From positions 64,281 to 128,280 of the forward strand of contig DAIODM010000001.1 in NCBI GenBank assembly GCA_036746835.1: 64,000 bases of DNA. Direction: 5' to 3'. Source of the DNA: Candidatus Onthovivens sp. (GTDB lineage: Bacteria > Bacillota_I > Bacilli_A > RFN20 > CAG-826). Shown here piece after piece: positions 59,153 to 64,000 of the stretch. The position numbers and the translations under genes were made by a program. How positions within the stretch are numbered: the first letter of the stretch is position 1; every line of letters starts with the position of its first letter. The notes under the pieces were generated by a model. It saw only the letters and a list, made by a program, of their open reading frames with translations, made no database searches and was not told the origin of the DNA.

Positions 59153-60466
59153 CTAATCATCGATGCCATCAAATAAATTATTTTTGACATTGTCAAAAAC
59201 ACTAATGTATGGAACTGTTTTAATTTTTCCAGTTAAGTCTTCATCAGATTGATAATAAGTTTCTAAATAATTTGAAGAATGACCACGATAAGCTTTCTTC
59301 TTGGCATCATAGTTTTCAAATAAAAACTCAATTTTTCTATTAGCAAAAACATTATCATATTTTTGACCAAGCATATTTGATAAAGAAATAAGTTTGCTTA
59401 CTCTTTCTTTTTTTACTTCAGGACTAACTTTAGGAACCATTTTAAAAGCCACTGTTCCTTTGCGATCACTAAATGGAAAAACATGGATTTTTGAAAAATT
59501 CATTTCTTTGCAAAAAGAATAAGTTTCCATAAATTCTTCATCAGTTTCTGTTGGAAAACCGACAATTACATCGGTAGAAATAGCAATATCTGGTCGAATT
59601 TCTCTTATTTTTTTAATTTTTGCACGATAGTTATCTAAATTATATTTTCTTTTCATTTTTTCAAGAATTGATACACTGCCAGATTGTAATGGAATGTGTA
59701 AATGATTGGCTATATTCTTATAATTCTTTAAAAGCATTAAAAAATGATCATCAATTTGACTTTCTTCAATCGAAGAAATTCTTAATCGATATAAATCAGG
59801 AACTTTAGTTAAAATGTCTTCTAGTAAATCACTAAAAGTCATTTTTTCTTTAAAGTCTAAACCATAACTACACATATCAATTCCAGTTAATACAACTTCT
59901 TTATACCCATTTTTAACAAGGTTACTTATTTCATCAATGACTTCATTTTCTGGTCTACTTCTTGAATGACCCCTAACGTAAGGAATTAAACAATATGTGC
60001 AATAATTATCGCATCCATCTTGTATTTTTACATATGCTCTCGTATTAAAAAGAAAATGAGAAACACTCATTGACTCATATTTTCTATTTTTCATTAAATC
60101 ATCATGAACATATATTTTTTCTTTATATTTTTGAAAATTTTCAATATATTCAAGAACCTTAGTTCTTTGCGTAGTCCCTAAAACAATATCAGCATTCAAA
60201 GTCTCAGTATAATCTTCGCCTTCTCCTTGAGAATCACAGCCCATAACAACAATAATCGCTTTATGATATAAAAACCTATAATGACGAATCATTTTTCTAG
60301 ATTTAGCACCACTTGTTTCAGTTACACTGCAAGTATTAATAATAACGACATCAGGCTTTCCTTTACCACTAAAAGGCGTATAACCATGATTAATTAAATC
60401 ATTAGCAATACACTCAACTTCATAACTATTAACCTTGCAACCAAGAAAGTCGATCAAAAATGTCAT
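59153..60466 (-). CDS. mtaB: Radical-SAM methylthiotransferase, MtaB (YqeV)-like
   Basis: N-terminal UPF0004 Cys triad (GCKVN, NTCSVT, GC), radical SAM CxxxCxxC (CDNYCTYC), and a TRAM C-terminus. Synteny is dnaJ...rsmE...mtaB. Confidence 0.8.
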   Translation of the reverse strand: MTFLIDFLGCKVNSYEVECIANDLINHGYTPFSGKGKPDVVIINTCSVTETSGAKSRKMIRHYRFLYHKAIIVVMGCDSQGEGEDYTETLNADIVLGTTQRTKVLEYIENFQKYKEKIYVHDDLMKNRKYESMSVSHFLFNTRAYVKIQDGCDNYCTYCLIPYVRGHSRSRPENEVIDEISNLVKNGYKEVVLTGIDMCSYGLDFKEKMTFSDLLEDILTKVPDLYRLRISSIEESQIDDHFLMLLKNYKNIANHLHIPLQSGSVSILEKMKRKYNLDNYRAKIKKIREIRPDIAISTDVIVGFPTETDEEFMETYSFCKEMNFSKIHVFPFSDRKGTVAFKMVPKVSPEVKKERVSKLISLSNMLGQKYDNVFANRKIEFLFENYDAKKKAYRGHSSNYLETYYQSDEDLTGKIKTVPYISVFDNVKNNLFDGIDD

Positions 60467-61221
60467 AAATTCTTTTCCTTACAAATCTTTCTAAAAACAT
60501 AATAAGAAATTAACTCATTTTTATATAATAAATAGATAAAATCATTAAGATTTCCATCAAAATATGCTTTTATAACTGGTTTAATTCTTTCGACTATATG
60601 CCCATATTTTGGTCTTTTAATATTCTTATCAAATAAATAAATAATATTATCAATTCCACCTTGTCTATTAATCATTAAAATCGCATTTAAATCATAATGA
60701 TAAAAAGCAACGGTAGTCATACATTCATCAATTCTTACTAATTTTGTAAATAAAGATTCGAACATTTCTACTCCATAAGTAGCAAATGGATCGATAATAA
60801 ATGGAACATAGTTGCTTTGCAAATTAACATAAGGTTCCTGGCTCATTTTTTCACTATTAGATGAATAAATTTCGTTAGTATTTAAATTAAAAAATAAAAT
60901 ATAAATTTTAGTGTTGTTAAATTTCAAATAAGGTAAATCAATGATTCTTTCATTGATTTCTTGTTTTATATTTTCAATTCTTCGCTCACCACGTGACAAA
61001 TATTCTTCTTCAATAATTTGATCAAGCTTATCTTTATTCATGATAGACTGAATAATCATATTTGCACAAATAACACCATAAATATCGCTAACATCGAAAT
61101 ATTTCACAAAATTTGGATCACGATTTAGTAAATATCTATTTTCAAGATAAAACTTATACTCATCACTTTTATGAATATATTTCTTGTTGCGTTCTTTTTC
61201 TAATATCTTAAATAATCTCAT
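60463..61221 (-). CDS. Hypothetical 252-aa protein inserted between rsmE and mtaB
   Basis: ATGA overlaps at both ends: its ATG at 61219-61221 overlaps the rsmE TGA, and its own TGA at 60463-60465 overlaps the mtaB ATG. I recognise no motif. I chose the start MRLFKILEK over the ORF-track start at 61269. Confidence 0.6.
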   Translation of the reverse strand: MRLFKILEKERNKKYIHKSDEYKFYLENRYLLNRDPNFVKYFDVSDIYGVICANMIIQSIMNKDKLDQIIEEEYLSRGERRIENIKQEINERIIDLPYLKFNNTKIYILFFNLNTNEIYSSNSEKMSQEPYVNLQSNYVPFIIDPFATYGVEMFESLFTKLVRIDECMTTVAFYHYDLNAILMINRQGGIDNIIYLFDKNIKRPKYGHIVERIKPVIKAYFDGNLNDFIYLLYKNELISYYVFRKICKEKNL

Positions 61222-61937
61222 AAATTTGCTTCCATATAAAATGATAGTAAAGAAAGGATATAGAAACAACTTGTTTCGCTTCTTAAAATTCGATTTCCTA
61301 AGGTAATGACCTTATAATTCTTTGAAACTGCATAGTCTACTTCTTCTTTTGAGAAACCACCTTCTGAACCAACTAAAACATTAATTGTTTTATTAGATAT
61401 TCCTCTAAGTTCCTTATCTAAATCCTTCAAAGTAGTATCACTTGCCTCATAAGCAATAAAAGATTTATCAGCCTTATAATTACCAATGTCTTTATAATCA
61501 ATAATATCTGTAAGTTTCATAAGATTTGAACGTTTACATTGCTCAGAAGCTTCTTTGATAATCTTATTAAATCTTACTAATTTACTACTAGAATTCGACT
61601 TATCAAGCCTTCTTACACATCTTGATGAGTTAACTAAAACAATTTCAGAGGCACCAATTTCAACAGCTTTTTGGATAACTAAATCCAATTTTTCACCTTT
61701 TGGAAGACAATATAAAAGCCTAATATACCCATTAAGTTCATGATTTTCATTTAAGGTTTCGCTTATAGAAAAACTAAAAGGATCAATTGAAACGACTTTA
61801 GCTAGGTAGAGTTTATCATCGGTAACAATTTGAAAAGTGTCACCAACCCTACTTCTCATTACTTTTGTAATATGAAAAATATCATCTTTATTCAAGGTGA
61901 TATTACCATCTATAGTTTCAGCAAAATATCTTTGCAT
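61218..61937 (-). CDS. rsmE: 16S rRNA (uracil1498-N3)-methyltransferase RsmE (YqeU)
   Basis: PUA-like N-terminus (HITKVMRSRVGD) and a SPOUT C-terminus (GSEGGFSKEE...LGNRILRSET). Confidence 0.85.
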   Translation of the reverse strand: MQRYFAETIDGNITLNKDDIFHITKVMRSRVGDTFQIVTDDKLYLAKVVSIDPFSFSISETLNENHELNGYIRLLYCLPKGEKLDLVIQKAVEIGASEIVLVNSSRCVRRLDKSNSSSKLVRFNKIIKEASEQCKRSNLMKLTDIIDYKDIGNYKADKSFIAYEASDTTLKDLDKELRGISNKTINVLVGSEGGFSKEEVDYAVSKNYKVITLGNRILRSETSCFYILSLLSFYMEANL

Positions 61938-62389
61938 TAGATTAAAAATACTCCGTTGGAATCTTTCTTATTTTTAATAAATAAGAAAATAATTCCGATT
62001 ACAAACCAAACACCAAAAACAATTAAAAATGGAAGGAAGAAAATATATAAAGGGGCTGCAGATTTGTTACTAAAATAGAAAATAAGTACAAAAGCAATAT
62101 AAGCGACCGCATTAATGGCTAAACGAATTAAAAAACGATTTCTAAAGCCTAAATATAATTCGTCAATTCCAAAAACACCTAAAAACATACATAAAACAGC
62201 ATTTAAATTACGTTTTTTTGGTTTAAATTTAACTCTAACCTCATCAGTTGGAGTAACAGTTTTGATGGATTCAGTTATATCCATGGTCTCTGGACTTGAA
62301 GAATCAATTGGATTTTTTCCACCACAATAAGGACATATTTCCTTATCAAACTTTGTTATACTTTGTCCACAATATTTACATTTTGGCAT
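61937..62389 (-). CDS. Zinc-ribbon / TM2-domain membrane protein
   Basis: N-terminal CKYCG...CPYCG zinc ribbon. It is followed by a TM2-like pair of helices (AVLCMFLGVFGIDELYLG). Confidence 0.65.
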   Translation of the reverse strand: MPKCKYCGQSITKFDKEICPYCGGKNPIDSSSPETMDITESIKTVTPTDEVRVKFKPKKRNLNAVLCMFLGVFGIDELYLGFRNRFLIRLAINAVAYIAFVLIFYFSNKSAAPLYIFFLPFLIVFGVWFVIGIIFLFIKNKKDSNGVFLI

Positions 62390-62448
62390 AATTTCTTTTC
62401 CTGTATTTATATTACTACAAAAAAATTCAATTATGTAGATAAAGATAT

Positions 62449-63594
62449 TTATTTTTTAAAAGCTTTTTTAAATGTGTCAAACCAAGAATCTCTGCCCTTA
62501 CTAGCATCTTTAAATGCTTGTAAAGCAGCTTTTTGATCTCTATTTAAGTCTGTAGGAGTTTTGACATTTAAGTGAACAAATTCGTCACCATACGAACTTC
62601 CACGAAGATCTTTAACACCTTTTCCTTTAATCTTAAAGACTTGATTTGGTTGAGTTCCAGCAGGAACTTTCATTTCTACATCACCATATAATGTTGGGAC
62701 AGTTAATATAGTTCCTAAGCAAACATCAATAAAATCAATTGGGACAGTTAAATGTATATCATTTCCATCTCTTTCAAAGTTATTATGTGGAGAAACAACA
62801 ATCTCAAGATATAAATCGCCATTACTACCGCCATTACTACCACGATTTCCTTTGCCTTGGACTCTAATTTGTTGACCATTATTAATACCAGCAGGAATCT
62901 TAACTTCAATAGTCTTCTTAACTCGGTTATAGCCTTTCCCACCGCAATAAGAACAGCTTTCTTTTATAATCTTGCCAGTACCATGACATCTTGGGCATGC
63001 TTGTTGTGTTTGAATAATGCCAAAAATTGACCTTTGTTGCATTAAAACAACACCTTGACCATTACAATCTGGACAAGTTTCGTAGGCAGTACCATCTTTT
63101 GCACCAGTACCATGACAATATTCACAAGGCTCATCGTATGTAATTGGTAAATTGATTGTAGTTCCTAAAGCAGCATCAACAAAAGAAATTTTTATTCTCA
63201 TTAAAGTATCATCACCACGTGAAGATGCTCCTCTTCTTGAACTTCTAGAAGAACCGCCACCAAAGCCAAACATAGAATTTAAAATATCATTTAAATCACC
63301 AAAATCTCCACCATTAAAGTTGAAACCCTCAAATCCAGTTCCACTAAATGGGTTCGATCCTCCAGCTGTTTGATCAAATGCCGCAGAGCCGAATTGATCG
63401 TAAGTTTTTCGTTTATTTGGATCGCTTAAAACACTATAAGCTTCTGTACATTGCTTAAATTTTTCAGCATCACCAGTTTCTTTATTATCTGGATGGTATT
63501 TTTTTGCCAATTTACGGTAAGCACTTTTTATATCATCATCACTAGCATTTTTGTCTACACCTAGTGTTTCATAGTAATCTTTATTTTCTGCCAT
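62449..63594 (-). CDS. dnaJ: Chaperone DnaJ
   Basis: J domain with HPD (KKYHPDNK), a G/F region, and four CxxCxGxG zinc motifs. RBS GGAGGAG. Confidence 0.96.
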   Translation of the reverse strand: MAENKDYYETLGVDKNASDDDIKSAYRKLAKKYHPDNKETGDAEKFKQCTEAYSVLSDPNKRKTYDQFGSAAFDQTAGGSNPFSGTGFEGFNFNGGDFGDLNDILNSMFGFGGGSSRSSRRGASSRGDDTLMRIKISFVDAALGTTINLPITYDEPCEYCHGTGAKDGTAYETCPDCNGQGVVLMQQRSIFGIIQTQQACPRCHGTGKIIKESCSYCGGKGYNRVKKTIEVKIPAGINNGQQIRVQGKGNRGSNGGSNGDLYLEIVVSPHNNFERDGNDIHLTVPIDFIDVCLGTILTVPTLYGDVEMKVPAGTQPNQVFKIKGKGVKDLRGSSYGDEFVHLNVKTPTDLNRDQKAALQAFKDASKGRDSWFDTFKKAFKK

Positions 63595-63618
63595 AAGGAT
63601 CTCCTCCTATATAAATAG

Positions 63619-63646
63619 CTAAAGGGAAGAGTAAACTTCCCTTTAG
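63619..63646 (-). terminator. 11-bp-stem intercistronic hairpin between dnaK and dnaJ (attenuator or processing signal)
   Basis: ctaaagggaag (63619-63629) pairs with cttccctttag (63636-63646) around a 6-nt loop. No strong T run follows on the minus strand, so it probably terminates only partially or acts as an mRNA stability element. Confidence 0.5.
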
Positions 63647-63667
63647 CAAAAATTTAGTTAAATACTT

Positions 63668-64000
63668 CTACTTTTTATCAGTGAAATCTGCATCAACAAC
63701 ATCATCATCTTTCTTCGAATTGTTCGAAGTATTTCCATTGGTTGATCCACCAGTAAATCCACTAGTTTGATCATTTCCATTGGTATTAGTATATTGAGAA
63801 GAACCTTGTTGACCTGAAGCGCCATTAGCACCAGCTTGAGCTTGTTGCATATAAGCAGCAGCCTTTTCAAGATCACCAATCTTATTTCTTAATGTATTAA
63901 TATCATTATTATCAAGAGCAGTCTTTAACTCATCTCTTAATTTTTGAGTCTCTTCTTTTTGCTTTGGATCGATAGAATCTCCTTTTTCTCTTAAAGCTTC
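63668..64000 (-). CDS. dnaK: Chaperone DnaK, C-terminal end only (5' part is beyond the window)
   Basis: The frame is open to the window edge (EALREKGDSIDPKQKEETQKLRDELK...). It has a G/N/Q/S-rich tail ending in DDDVVDADFTDKK. Confidence 0.93.
   Translation of the reverse strand, partial: EALREKGDSIDPKQKEETQKLRDELKTALDNNDINTLRNKIGDLEKAAAYMQQAQAGANGASGQQGSSQYTNTNGNDQTSGFTGGSTNGNTSNNSKKDDDVVDADFTDKK

Noticed and set aside
1-64000. A search by eye for CRISPR arrays, tRNA or rRNA genes, IS elements or transposases, prophage genes, and long direct repeats.
   Set aside because: There are 21 intergenic gaps over 40 bp, and only three exceed 100 bp. None contains repeat-spacer periodicity, cloverleaf-like tRNA sequence or terminal inverted repeats. 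No ORF resembles a transposase, integrase (other than the housekeeping Xer-type recombinase) or phage structural protein. A whole-window computational repeat search was not possible.

Overview
This is a very compact, AT-rich, core-chromosome window from a low-GC Bacillota/Mollicutes-like bacterium. It uses the standard genetic code. TGA is a real stop (uvrC 1299-1301, rsmE 61218-61220, orf252 60463-60465), and long conserved proteins such as ValRS, Lon and RelA read through uninterrupted, so this is not a code-4 mycoplasma. I call 64 protein-coding genes and see no rRNA, tRNA, CRISPR array, transposase or phage gene.

The content is almost entirely housekeeping. It is collinear with the Bacillus subtilis ysx/yqe/yqf-type clusters:
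- uvrC, tig-lon-engB-valS, rplU-prp-rpmA-obg, ruvAB-secDF-recJ-relA-hisS-aspS, tkt, nusB-xseAB, dinB, xer, deoB
- then, on the other strand, dnaK-dnaJ-rsmE-mtaB, rpmF, deoC, rpsU, ybeY-cdd-era-recO-glyQS-dnaG-sigA-trmK, ispH/ispG, nfo, efp, parEC, yqeG-yqeH-yhbY-nadD/yqeK-rsfS

The strongest structural signal is a switch in gene orientation. All 29 CDS left of 33.56 kb are on the + strand, and 31 of 35 CDS to the right are on the - strand. The two blocks converge on the only large non-coding gap (33560-33817). That gap contains a 28-bp dif-like Xer site at 33719-33746, so the window most likely spans the replication terminus.

The non-housekeeping candidates worth follow-up are:
- a C39 peptidase fused to an ABC-exporter-like membrane domain with no ATPase domain, translationally coupled to ybeY (56661-57860)
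- a strongly RBS-driven 60-aa membrane peptide whose N-terminus resembles a double-glycine leader (9283-9465)
- a terminus-proximal accessory trio: a Big_2 lipoprotein/substrate-binding protein, a permease with no ATPase, and an orphan MazF/PemK-like protein beside dif (30913-33559)
- an orphan 252-aa gene coupled on both sides between rsmE and mtaB
- a NadD-like domain with a degenerate active-site motif fused to YqeK
- a SecDF that appears to lack the conserved intramembrane Asp residues

All functional calls come from reading the translated ORFs and recalling family motifs. No database search was run.
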